This document shows, piece by piece, positions 27,040 to 38,565 of a stretch of DNA of 64,000 nt. The stretch comes from Callorhinchus milii (Eukaryota). A program made the translations under genes and the position numbers. The notes beneath the pieces are model-generated. The model was given only the letters and a program-made list of their open reading frames with translations, made no database searches and was not told the DNA's origin. The DNA is taken from assembly GCF_018977255.1 (NCBI RefSeq), contig NW_024704743.1:86368001-86432000 (forward strand), written 5' to 3'. Position 1 is the stretch's first letter. Every line of letters begins with the position of its first letter.

Positions 27040-27395
27040 ATTCCTCTCGTTTCCCCGCCTTGCCCTCTCCTCGTGGCACTCACTCATGCTGGGGTTGAGT
27101 TCTACAAACACCTCCAGTCATTTTTAATGTTCAGCATTCACACTGCTATTTGAATGTGGGGTGCCACAGCCATAGTTGATTCTGTCCTTACCGAACATCC
27201 ACACACTTACACTTTCAAACAGGAGCCATTGGTTGGAGATCCCGAGCGGGAACCATGTCATCTCCCTAGACCAGATACCTGACAAAGTCTAGCACCTCAT
27301 CTGCTGCCAAATCGAATGCCAGACAATTCATCATGGATCAAGATTCAAACCTATACCCTATTAGCCTATATGAATTGGTACAACGTCATGCAGTG
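27040..27395 (-). mobile_element. Ancient SINE-like repeat (same family at ~36800-37070, ~61140-61400, ~61480-61690)
   Basis: Shared motif ctgtcct(c/t)ac..catccacaca..ac...gatc..gagcgggaac across the copies. Confidence 0.5.
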
Positions 27396-27686
27396 TTCAA
27401 GCCTCTACTTTGGAACTTAAGACTGCAATGTGCCACAAACAGCCATGGAGTGAATGATCAATTTTAACTGGGGATTGCTGGCCAGGACACTGGGAGAAAT
27501 TATGGATTCTTTACCTCCTACCTCAGTTATTCATTCAAAGTGTGAGGGTTTTTTAGGGGTGGAGTGAAGAAAGCTGATATTGACATATACAATAGATTGA
27601 GATCAGAGAGTGGTATTAAAATAGTAATAGTATCTGAGTGATTCTTTTTCGCTCCTTTTTTTTCCCCGCTTTTTCTCCTCCTCCCC

Positions 27687-28006
27687 CCTGTGGCTCAGTG
27701 GTTGGAGCGCTAGCTTTGCGGGTGGGAGGCCTGGGTTCGGTTCCGGGCGGGGCGAGGCCTTGGGCGGGTTTCCTTGCTCCGCACGCCTAATGATGGTCCC
27801 TCCAGAAAACAGAAACAGTGATAAGTTGGTCATTTTCAGTCTACGACTCTTTGTGGGACGTTGTTGTGCGCAATTGGCTGCCGCGTTCGCCCACAAGTAT
27901 GTGCGGTCGGTTCACTTTGCAGTGTGTTCTGTGAAGCGCTTTGGGACGTCCTCCCGACGTGGAAGGCGCTATATCAAATGCAAGGATTATTATTATTATT
28001 ATTATT
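27687..28006 (+). mobile_element. tRNA-SINE, short variant, A->G hypermutated copy
   Basis: Colinear with 7668-7984 and 55729-56039, with about 35-38 A->G substitutions. Confidence 0.92.
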
Positions 28007-28649
28007 AACGTCTCATATGTTGGAATGAGACATTAAACTGGAATGGACCTCCAATAATGCTGTTTGGAAAACTTAGAAATTAGCTCCCACTCTTAAACTG
28101 AGATATGGGGTCTAACACATGCCAAACTCTAAGCTTCACAATTGTTTTATCTTCTTTACATTTTAATGCGATTTTCCAATTTTAAGCCTGATAACAAAAG
28201 GATTGCTGATGTTAAGCATCGCCTTCGGGATAGATCCTGATATATTAGCCTGTTTAATCTCAAAATATAACAACTTGCTTGGCAGACTCTGTCTGGATAA
28301 TTGTAAGTGAAGCACCACCAACATTTTAGCTTTAACTTTGCTGGAGTCTGAACATTGCTGGGTAACCTCTGGCAGTCTTTAAATGATGACAGATTGCTCT
28401 GCCTGTATCAGTCTAACCCCAGCAAGCACCAAAGTGTTTTATTTGACCCTGTCATGTATGATTATATTTTACTTACTCATTTTGTTTTAATATACAAACA
28501 CTGCTTAATGATTTATTTAGGGCACCATTAAGTGGCAACAAAAAGAACATTAAATGCCATTGATAAGAAGATAATAATAATGTTTGCATTTAATATAACA
28601 CCTTATTATGTTGTCAAAACATTTCAAAGCGCTTCACAGGATGTACTGT

Positions 28650-29353
28650 GAAGTTTCTACCCCATATCCATGCCATGACCCACTCTGCAATCCCCCACCT
28701 CCACAACATTGCCCGGCTCTGCCACTGTCTCACACCGCAGGCCGCTGAAACCCTCATACACGCATTCATAACATCCAGGCTTGACTATGGAAACTCCCTG
28801 CTTGTCAGCTTCCCCAACTCCTCCCTCCATAGGCTGCAGATCATCCAGAACCCTGCAGCCCATGTCCTCACCTGCACCAGATTCCGTGATCTTATCACCC
28901 CCATCCTCACCTGACTTCACTGGCTTCCCATCACACAGAGGATACAGTTCAAGATTCTGGACCTCACCTTCAAAGTCCTCCATGGCCTTGCTCTCCCCTA
29001 CATCTGCGACCTCCTAACCCCCTACCAGCCTGCCTGCTCCCTCTGCTCAGCGGGCTCCGGCCTGCTACATGTCCCACACCTCACCCACCCCACCATTGGC
29101 GGGTGGGCCTTCAGCCACTTTGCCCCCACTCTCTGGAATCCCATCCTGCAGTCCCTCCACCTCACCCCCCTCCCTTGCCTCCTTCAAGACCCATCTCAAG
29201 ACCCTCCGTGCCTACGATTACCCTCCTGCCCTCACTGCTCCCCACACTCTCTGATCCTGACCCACAGTTTGTCCAAAACCTTGACTGTCCAGCGCCTTGG
29301 GATGTCCTCCCGACATGAAAGATGCTATACAAATGTAATTTTGCTATTGTTGT
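28650..29353 (+). mobile_element. L2 LINE 3' fragment (second subfamily)
   Basis: ORF HLHNIARL...AETLIHAFITSRLDYGNSLL; tail gcgccttgggatgtcctcccgacatgaaag. Confidence 0.9.
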
Positions 29354-29529
29354 AGCGACTACTGTATTTGAGGATAAAATGCAGCAGCCAATTCCCACAA
29401 ACGGCCACAAAATGAATTATCAATTTTATTTGGAAAAATATTGGCCAGATCACTGGGCATAATTCCTTTCTATAGAGTGAAAAAGATGGAAAGCTAGTTT
29501 CACTATAGCAGCACTGTGTGATAGAGAGT

Positions 29530-29890
29530 AAATAATAATAATCCTTGCATTTGATATAGTGCCTTATCACGTGTTCGAGATGTCTCAAAGTGCTTCAAAG
29601 AATATATTGTGAAGTGAATTGACTGTGTATTTTGTGGGCAACACGCAGAGCCAATTGCATACAGCAGTGTCCCACAAACAGTTATGGATTGAGAGATCAA
29701 NTTTTTTTGGAAGGAATTATTATCCTCAGAAAAATAATCCACCAATCGACCAACAACCATGCTGCTATTTACTGCTAGGTAAACAGAGGCGTGTGGAATA
29801 AATAAACTTGCCCAATGTTTCTCCCTGCCAGGAATCAAACCTAGGTCTCTCGCTTGAGTGGCGAGTACTCTAAACACTGAACTACAGGAT
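29530..29890 (-). mobile_element. tRNA-SINE, long variant, full length
   Basis: Runs from tail aataatccttgcatttg to head cactgaactacagga. Confidence 0.88.
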
Positions 29891-29989
29891 TACAAAATAG
29901 CTGTAAAGTTGCTAGTATTTGTTCCACATTAATCAGAGCTTGTTATATCTTCACTGTGAATGACAGGACTTCACATGCAAACTAGAGTT

Positions 29990-30320
29990 GGAAGTAAACT
30001 GATAATCCAGTACAATGCTTGGGGAGCCCTGAATTGTTGGAATTGCTGTCCTTCGGATGAGAGGCTAAATTGAGGTCACCTTTACCTGTTTAGGTGATGT
30101 TAAAGAACCCAAGACACTTTTCAAAAATAGAAGGGAGTTTCTCATGGTGTCCTGGCCAATTATATCGCAGCTCACTTCATGGCTGTTTGTGGGACATTGC
30201 TGTGCACAAAGTGTTTGCCGATCAAAATAATCATTGCACTTCACAGTAAATCCTATGAAGTTCTTTGAGACATTTTGTTCATATAATAAACCACTGTATT
30301 CAAATGCAAGGATTATTTTC
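29990..30320 (+). mobile_element. Old Deu-SINE
   Basis: cttcggatgagaggctaaa...ggctgtttgtgggacattgctgtgcaca...caaatgcaagg. Confidence 0.75.
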
Positions 30321-30862
30321 AGTAAATTATTCATTAAATTAAACTATTCATTCTGATGATGAAAATGTCTAAGTTATTAAACAAGAAATGAAAAGAAATG
30401 AAAAGAAGATAACACTTACCTTTAATATTACATCTAGTCATCAGCCATTGTTAGCTTTGTTTCTATGAGTGAAAATACATTGCCTCTCTTAAACCCATTA
30501 TTTATTCACTATTTACAATATTGTCTCACAATGATCAGTGTTTTTTCCTTAATAAGTAATCCCATTAGAGTTTCTGTTGTACTGTGAAAGATCTGCTCTG
30601 TGAAGCGGTTTGAGACATCTCAAAGGTGTGATAGGGTGCTATATCAAATGCAAGGATTATATATTATAAGTAGATGAATATAGAGTGAAAGTTCCCAAGG
30701 GTGGGTGCAGCATACTTTGGTTACTAAAATAAATCACTATTTGCACTTCTTTTTAAGGAGTCCCATTAGGAAATATCGCAAATCAGATTCCATTAGTTTG
30801 AAAGCTAGCTTAACTTACAGTGAAATATTGTGGGGATTGTTTTTTGGCCAACGCTCATTTGG

Positions 30863-31089
30863 CCAATCTTATTATTCTCTCCCAAGGCTTTTTAGAATTC
30901 ACACACATAGTGTTCACTGTGTCTATTAACATGAAGCACTCCAATCTTATATTGTGAGCTCTGAGAGTGAAGGAGTGCTGTGCATGAGCTCTGGGCATTG
31001 GCGAGCTCTGGGCGTGGGCGTGCTCTGGGCGTGGGCGAGCGCTATGTGTAAGCTCCAAGCATTACCTTGGGAGAGAATAACAAGACTGG
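30863..31089. mobile_element. Fold-back MITE-like element with an internal 17-bp minisatellite
   Basis: ccaatcttattattctctcccaagg pairs with ccttgggagagaataacaagactgg; internal (gagctctgggcgtgggc) repeated ~3-4 times. Confidence 0.65.
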
Positions 31090-31749
31090 GTTAAACTAAT
31101 CCTGGCAGGAGTTTAAATGGTCAGACTCACCTGAATCTCTCACACATACCTGTTCCAATGGGGAGAAATATTCAGACTGTTCTCCCATGAAGTTTCCAGA
31201 ATACCAAAGAGACAAGATCCTAGCAAATAAGGGAATGGTGAAGAGATTGGAAAGAATGTGGAATCCCAGAGGCACTTAGATACACAGAATATTTATTGCT
31301 AAGGTAATGCTATCAAACTCAAGCCAGCAATAGGGGATAATTGGAACCAGACAGACATTGTTGACAGCCAAGGCTTAACAGAGAAACCAGGCGTAGATCC
31401 ACAGTTTGATTTGGAATTAAAAGTCCAAGTTCAGAGAGCAAGGCTGCAATTTAGACAGGAGGTGAAAGTTGAATAAAATAGGGAAGAGATAAATCAAGAG
31501 TTAGTTTGTAAAGTCTCAACACAGTTTCCAGCGGGAGTCTCTTCATAGTGTAAAATTGCTGCTGCTTTTGCACCAATTTTACTAAATTGGTAATGCTGCA
31601 TTGGTTCAGTAATGGGCCGCTCCACTCACATTGTAGTTAAGGTGCATTGCTGGGATGTAGTGGAGAAAGAGAAAGAGAGCTTAAGCTGTACTTTTGACCC
31701 AATAAACCTGAGAACTGTAGTGACATTGGGGTTTCTAGCCTTATTCACA

Positions 31750-31955
31750 CGTGTTGTGCCATGCTGAGTTGTTCTATGTTGTGTCATGCTATGTTTTGCT
31801 GTGCTGTGCTATGCTTTGTCGTGTGCTATGTTGTGATGGGTGTTATGTTATGATGTTTTGTGCAATTGTTGTATCATGCTCTGTTGTGTTGTGCTATGTT
31901 GTGCGATGCTGTTATGTTGTGCTGTATTATGTTGTGATGTGCTATATTGTGATAT
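31750..31955. repeat. Degenerate pentamer (TGTGN/TATGN) microsatellite
   Basis: tgtgt/tgtgc/tatgt repeats. Confidence 0.85.
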
Positions 31956-32039
31956 AGGTCATCTCAACACAGCATGACACTACATATCACATCACAAGAT
32001 GTAATAATAAGAAGCTTGACAAAACATACATCTTATTAA

Positions 32040-32157
32040 TGTCTCGGGATATAGTATATTTTGTGGGACATGACATATCAAGCGAATACCAGGATGGTGG
32101 AAGGCAAACTAGATGGATCTTGGTCTTCTTTTGCTTAGCAAATTCTTATGTTCTTAT
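32040..32157 (+). mobile_element. CR1-type 3' end (same family at 50590-50690)
   Basis: actagatggatcttggtcttc...ttcttatgttcttatg. Confidence 0.65.
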
Positions 32158-32565
32158 GTGATGTGCTGTGTTGTGATGTGCTTGTGATGTAATGTTTTAT
32201 CCCCATATCCCTTAATCCCTTTAGTTTTTAAAAATCTATCAATCTCAGTCTTGAATATGTTCAATGATTGAGCATCCTCAGCCTTCTGGGGTAGAGAATT
32301 CCATACATTCACTACCCTTTGAGTGAAGAAATGTTTTCTCAACTCAGTTCTAAAGGGCTGACCTTTAATTCTGAGACTATGACCCCCTAGTTTTTGATTC
32401 TCCAACCAGGGAAAAGAGTCTCATAATATCTACCCTGTCAAGACCCTTAAGAATCTTATAGGTTTCTATGAGATCACCTCTAATTCTTCCATATTCTAGG
32501 AAATATATGTCTAGTCTACTCAACCTATCTTAGTAGGTCAACCCCCTCATCCCAGGAACCAACCT

Positions 32566-32838
32566 AATAATAATAATAATCCTTGCATTTGATATAGCGC
32601 TTTTCACGTCTTCTAGACATCCCAAAGCACTTCACAGAATATACTGTAAAGTGAATTGACTGTATATTTGTGGGCGAACGCGGCAGCCAATTGCGCACAG
32701 CAGCGTCCCACAAACAGTCGTGGATTGAAAATGACCAATTTATTATTGTTTTGTTTTGGAGGGATTATTATTATTATTATTAGGCATGTGGAGTAAGGAA
32801 ACCAAGGTTTCGCCCTGCCTGGAATTGAACTCAGGTCA
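32566..32838 (-). mobile_element. Young tRNA-SINE, short variant, nested in CR1
   Basis: Near-consensus copy, 5'-truncated. Confidence 0.88.
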
Positions 32839-32947
32839 AGTGAACCTATGTTGCACCCCCTCTAAGGTGAGTATATCCTTTCTTAGATAAGGAGACCAAA
32901 ACTGCACACAATATTCCAGGTGCAATCTCACTAAGGCCCTATGCAAT

Positions 32948-33261
32948 TAATAATAATAGTAATCCTTGCATTTGATATAGCACTTTTCACGTCTTCATGA
33001 CGTCTCAAAGTGCTTCACAGAATAGACTGTAAAGTGAATTGACTGTATATTTGTGGACAAAATACGGCAGCCAATTGTGCACAGCAGTGTCCCACAAACA
33101 GTTGTGGATTGAAGTGACCAATTTATTATTATTTTTTCTTGAGGGATTATTATCAGGCGTGTGGAGTAAGGAAATTTGCCCAAGGTTTCACCCTGCTGGG
33201 AATCAACCCCAGGTCTCTCGCTTGAGAGGCGAGTGCTCTAACCACTGAGCTACAGGACTCC
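32948..33261 (-). mobile_element. Young tRNA-SINE, short variant, full length, nested in CR1
   Basis: Ends in ctctaaccactgagctacaggactcc. Confidence 0.9.
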
Positions 33262-34029
33262 ACAAATATTCTGAGGAATTCTAAAATAGGCACAAAAAAG
33301 AGATCTTTTCTCTATCCCAAAAGTCGATGGACGCACCTCTGATAATTCAGCACTCACTAGACATTTCACTGGACTGTCAGTCTAGACTATTAATCTCAAG
33401 ACCCAATATTGGGCTTTGAGCTCACAACCTTCTAACCCAGAAGTGAAGGAGGAGCAATTCCAACTGAGCCACACTGACATCCTAAAATACTAGAAAATCC
33501 TTTTTTTTATAATATATATTTATATATTTATATAAAAATAAAAAAATTGCAGCAAGACTTCCCTACTCTTGTACTCTAACCCCTTTGCAAAAAAATGCTA
33601 ACATGCTATTAGCCTTTCTAATTGCTTGATGTGCTGTGTTGTGATGTGCTTGTGGTGTGCTGGTGATGTGCTGTGTTATCATGTCATGTGAATACGTTAC
33701 ATTGTATTGAATTTGCTGGTAGCCAATGCAGTGGCTTTTTTAGCCACAGATGTGCTTGTGGTAGTGGAGAAGGTAATTCTCTGACTGTTTGTAGTTAATG
33801 TGGTAATAATGAGAATAAATCTTCCAGATTAATTAGTCACTTACAAATTTCATATGGGACCTTGCTGATGCAACCATCTGGCTTGTCTGTCTACATGAAC
33901 AGCCACTATCCTTGACAATGAATAGTTGTGAAGTACTTGGAGACAGTTCAACGTGATGAGATGCTATAAAATTGCTAGCCAATTTTGTTTTTAATTATAG
34001 TGACCTTGACAGGTGGAGCACATTTTATC

Positions 34030-34225
34030 CCAGCCAAAAATCCCCCAGATAGAATTGGTCATTCACTTCATCGACGCTTGTGGTATGTTGCTGTGCGTAA
34101 ATTGGCTGCCATATTTTGCCTACAAATACAGTCACTAAGTGTTACAGTAAATACTGTGAATCACTTTAAGGTGTTCAATGATATGATGAGGCGCTACATC
34201 AAATGTAAGGATAATATTATTATTC
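34030..34225 (+). mobile_element. Old Deu-SINE 3' part
   Basis: gctgtgcgtaaattggctgcc...gcgctacatcaaatgtaagg. Confidence 0.7.
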
Positions 34226-34517
34226 TCTACCAGTAGATAAATTCAGTGTCCTCAAGAGACTGGATCAGCAGAGAATAAGATGCACAGGATTACCAAGGTC
34301 AGTAAATTTAGTGACAAATAGAAATCCCACCTTGGGTAACAAAAGTGATCCAGTCTGCAGGTCCTCATCTTTATGACCTTGAACATTGTAAAAACAAAAT
34401 CTTTACAACTGCAAGCTGGTTGGTCAGTTTTAATAAAGGTACAAACTTTAAACCACATTCTGTTCTCAAGTAACAAAAATAATATATAATCAAGCAACAT
34501 ATATTTTACAAGTCTCA

Positions 34518-34729
34518 AGGCTCGAAATTTCAGCAAGTCTTAGTCTATAAGACTGTTTTGTCTTAAAAATGTAGAAGATCCTTCAATTCAATTCAATCTT
34601 ATTTGGATGCCAATTTTATGCATTACTTAAAAAGAACCAGCTTCCAAATGGAAACTGGGTTTTAAAAATTTTCTACAGTTCTGCACAAAATGGTTTTACA
34701 GACTAAGACTAGGTGAGATTTTGTGCCTC
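34518..34729. mobile_element. ~210 bp MITE-like element
   Basis: TIRs aggctcgaaatttcagcaagtcttagtctataa / ttacagactaagactaggtgagattttgtgcct. Confidence 0.6.
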
Positions 34730-35277
34730 TAGTTCTCCAATTACTTCATATGAAGATTGGAGGCCAAACACACTGTCAAATAACATTTATTTTCATGTTG
34801 ATATATTTATGTATTACTTTTTAATACAAAAAGGACCAGAAAACAAAACAGGACAATACAAGACTGTCTTTAAAATATATCAGAAATCTCTTTTATAATA
34901 AACGCGTGCAGAGAATATCTACTTTTAAAAAGCTTTCCTCAAAAAAAATTACAGAACTGCTTCAGGTGTTTTTTCAGCATCCTTCATTCTTGAAACAACA
35001 AACATTTTAATAACATTTCCCTCCACTGCTTAATGCTTAATATCACTTAATAGTTTCCATGAAAAGAATCGTGTTAATGCTTCTGTGGTATTGGTGTAGT
35101 GTATTTGAAGGGGGGAAGCTTGATTGAATGGGTGCCTGAACTGGAATTGGTTAATTACTGACACTAGGCTGAGAGGAAGAGGGAAAGAGCCAAGGGGGGG
35201 CCTAAAATGGGGTATTCAGAAATGCTAAGTTACAATCGTGATGGCATTTTGTTTTCCTGCAATTTCCGCCCAAGAAA

Positions 35278-35712
35278 CCTGGCTCAGTGGTAACACTCTC
35301 ACCTCTGAGTCGGAAGGTTGTGGGTGCAAGCCCCACATTAGGACTTGGAACCCACATAATCTATGCCGACAATCCAATGCAGTGCTACGATTGTGCTGCA
35401 ATGCTGCAACTGCTGTCTTTCAGATGAAACGTTAAACCAAAGTCCCATCTACCTGTCCAGGTGGATGTAATAGATCCCATAGCACTATTTGGAAAGAGAA
35501 GGGAGTGGTTCCGGTGTCCTGGTCAACAATCCCCCAAATAAAATTGGTCACTTACTCCATGGCTGTTTGTGGGACATTGCTGCATGAAAATTGGTTGTTG
35601 CGTTGATCTACAAAACACTCACATTACTTTACAGTATATCCTGTAAAGTGCTCTAAGATGTCTTGACGATTTGTTAAGGCGCTATATCAAATGCAAGGAT
35701 TATTATTATTAT
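35278..35712 (+). mobile_element. SacSINE1-like SINE, full length
   Basis: ggctcagtggtaacactctcacctctgagtcggaaggttgtggg head, full Deu body, (att)n tail. Confidence 0.85.
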
Positions 35713-38136
35713 ACGAAAATGACCAAAAAGTCTAAGAAAAGGTGAGAATGCAATAACTCCTTAGCTGGCATCTGGGATTATGATTTTAATCTACACATTT
35801 GTTTCCACTTTGTTACTACAGTCAAAGGGCACTATTTAATATGTCACAACTACCAGACTGACATCTGCATCCTAATGCAGTCAAATGGAACAGTGATATC
35901 CTTACAGCTTTATAAAATGACTAGACAGCAACCAACCCAAATGCCTGCTTATCCTAAAAGGTCATTGATATCCTCTCCGATTTAGATAATCTTAAATCTA
36001 TTTCCTGGATATGGTTGAATAGTTTTCTTAACGTCTGTTGCTGTACAGAATCCTTTCCAACCATCTTGTTGTAGTATGCCTACGCAGTAACTGAACATAT
36101 GAGCTACATGAAGTTTATACCCTCCTACACAGAGTATAAATTGTTAACTCCAAAGAAAAGAAAAGAAACACATGTCAAGCTGTCTGAATGTGACAACATC
36201 TGTGTGGACTTCTGTGTTTCAGTGTCAGTTCAAGAAAATAAAGGGAACAGCAAAAATCAGCAGCTAGACATGAAAAAGCCTTATTTTCTGAGGAGTCTTA
36301 CACTGGAAAATGTTCTTTATTCCTTACACTCCAGGAACTTTATAAGAAACATACTAAGTATCAGCTTTGCTCAGTCGGAAGCACTCTTGCCTCTGGGTCA
36401 GATGAGTTTAAAGCCTATGTGAAGACTTTGAGCTCACTCAACCGCCACTCCAGCGCATGCTGGATGTTAAGATCCCATGACACTATTTGAAACATGAAAA
36501 GAGCTTCTCTCAGTGCACTGGCCAATCGTCCAAAGTAATTGGTCATTCACCTCATGCCTATGAAGCGATTTGAGATGTTTTAATGTGATCAATGCGTTGA
36601 GACCGCCTCCTAACATGAAAGGTGCTATATAAATTTTAACTATTATATTGTAAGGTACTACATAGAACACAAGGGATATTATTATACTGAGTGTTTAGGA
36701 CTTTTGTATTTCGTATCTGTTTTTAACAGGAAATTAAACCTCCATAAATAAAGGCCCATGTCATTTTTTTCTGTCAATTGAAAAGTTTTTGCAGTTTCCT
36801 TTTTTCTAATTTTTCTCCATCTGTCAGAAGGTATTTATGCTTATGCTGGAGATTGGAACTTTGCCCACGTGTCAATTCTCCATATGTGAGTCAAGGCATT
36901 GATTTTGATGGCAATGTAGGTGACCATGGGAAGCACCGTGCTAAGCCATATCCTGTCCTCACTCAATATTTCATACACATACAGTCACACACATACTCAT
37001 GCACACTCCTGTTTTCTAGCAGATAGTGACCAGGAGTATTAGTTGTTTTCCCTCTTTCTAGTGGCATTGTGATTTACAATGGCTAAGTGTTATAAGGGTT
37101 TAATGCTTGGATACGGATAATCTTTGTTACATGGGAGATTGCAACATTATGCGTGTTGCATTTGTATGGGGACTGTAATGTATGTAGTTTCTGTTGACTG
37201 CTTAATGAATCTAGAGACAGCCAGATGTCTGACACATGCAGAAACCCATCACCATGCTTAAGAGTATCCAAACTAAGCTGAGTTTCCATGCATCCCATCT
37301 ACACACGGAAATCCCAGAGATAGGTTGTTAGGATGGATTGCTCACTCTCTGGAAGGATGCATCCTGTATTAGGTGCATTTTGGCAAGATCCAAGGTTTGG
37401 GGACCACAGAGTGTGTAACATAGATACAAAGCTTAATTTGTACGTACTAAAAGCACTTATTAAATCTTCAGTAACAAGGTTGTATTACTTCATGGCTATT
37501 TGTGGGACATTGCATATGTGCAAATTAGAGCATTCGTCTACAAAATACACAATCACTACACTTTACAGTACATACCATGAAGCACTTTGGTATGTCCTCC
37601 CAACGTGAAAGGCATTATGTCAACTACAAGGATTATTATTAATATCATTATATAATTAAATGGTTAAGGAATATTGAAATGTGCATCCTCAATGTATAGT
37701 CTTGTCCCATTATTGTTTTTGCCATTCAGATATTTTCCATATTTGAAACCACAAAGTTGTACCATAACCAATGAATCATTGAGAAAAGTCACAAACTGAG
37801 CCATTATCAGGGTGATCCCTCTCTTTTGTATCTTCTGGACCTCACTTTTTTTTAGGACATCCACCCCACTCCTCACCAACACTTACCTCCCTGGGTATAT
37901 TAAATAAACTGAATTACATACCTTCACCACTTGCTACATAAAAACCGACTCCATTAAAAGTAAGTGCTCCGAGTCACTACTCTACATAAAGGGCACAATA
38001 TAAACACAAGTTGTTGTTGCCCCATTATAACACTGTACTCTGGATCCAATGTCTCATATGCTGCATTAATGGTCATCTATCAGGTCACCACTGATGTCAG
38101 TTCCTGAATGTTACTATATGCAAGAGTTTGCAATTG

Positions 38137-38565
38137 TCAGCCTGTCTCAGTTGATAGCACTCTCGCCTCTGAGTCAGAAGGTTGTGGGTTTAAGCCCCAC
38201 ATCCGGACTTTGAGCTCATAGTTTAGACTGACATTCCAGTACTGCTGGGATGTGCTGCATTGTCAGAGGTGCTGTCCTTCAGATGAGATGTTAAAACATG
38301 GTTCTGACTGCCTATTCAGGTGGATACTAAAGATCCCATGGCAGGGAGAAGGGAGTTTCTCCCGATGTCCTGTGGCCAACAATGTCCAGATAAAATTGAT
38401 TATTCACTTCATGGCTGATTGTAGGAAATTGTTGTGCGCAAATTGGCTGTCATGTTTGCCTACAAAATACAGTAACTGCACTTTACAGTATATCCTGTGA
38501 AGCATTTTGAGATGTGCTCCTGATGTGAAAATTACATATTATTAAATGTTAAATGTAACTATTAT
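38137..38565 (+). mobile_element. SacSINE1-like SINE, full length
   Basis: gtcagcctgtctcagttgatagcactctcgcctctgagtcagaaggttgtggg head and Deu body. Confidence 0.85.

Larger units (their letters stand above)
32195..33626 (-). mobile_element. CR1 LINE ORF2 3' fragment with nested SINEs
   Basis: ORF GHSLRIKGQPFRTELRKHFFTQRVVNVWNSLPQ; sequence resumes after each insertion. Confidence 0.85.

Noticed and set aside
29701..29701. Single N base
   Set aside because: Assembly ambiguity next to a homopolymer inside a SINE.
30975..31045. Short repeat array considered as CRISPR-like
   Set aside because: Tandem units without unique spacers, in vertebrate DNA with no cas genes.
31751..31957. Cys/Val-rich ORF
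   Set aside because: Translation of a pentamer microsatellite.
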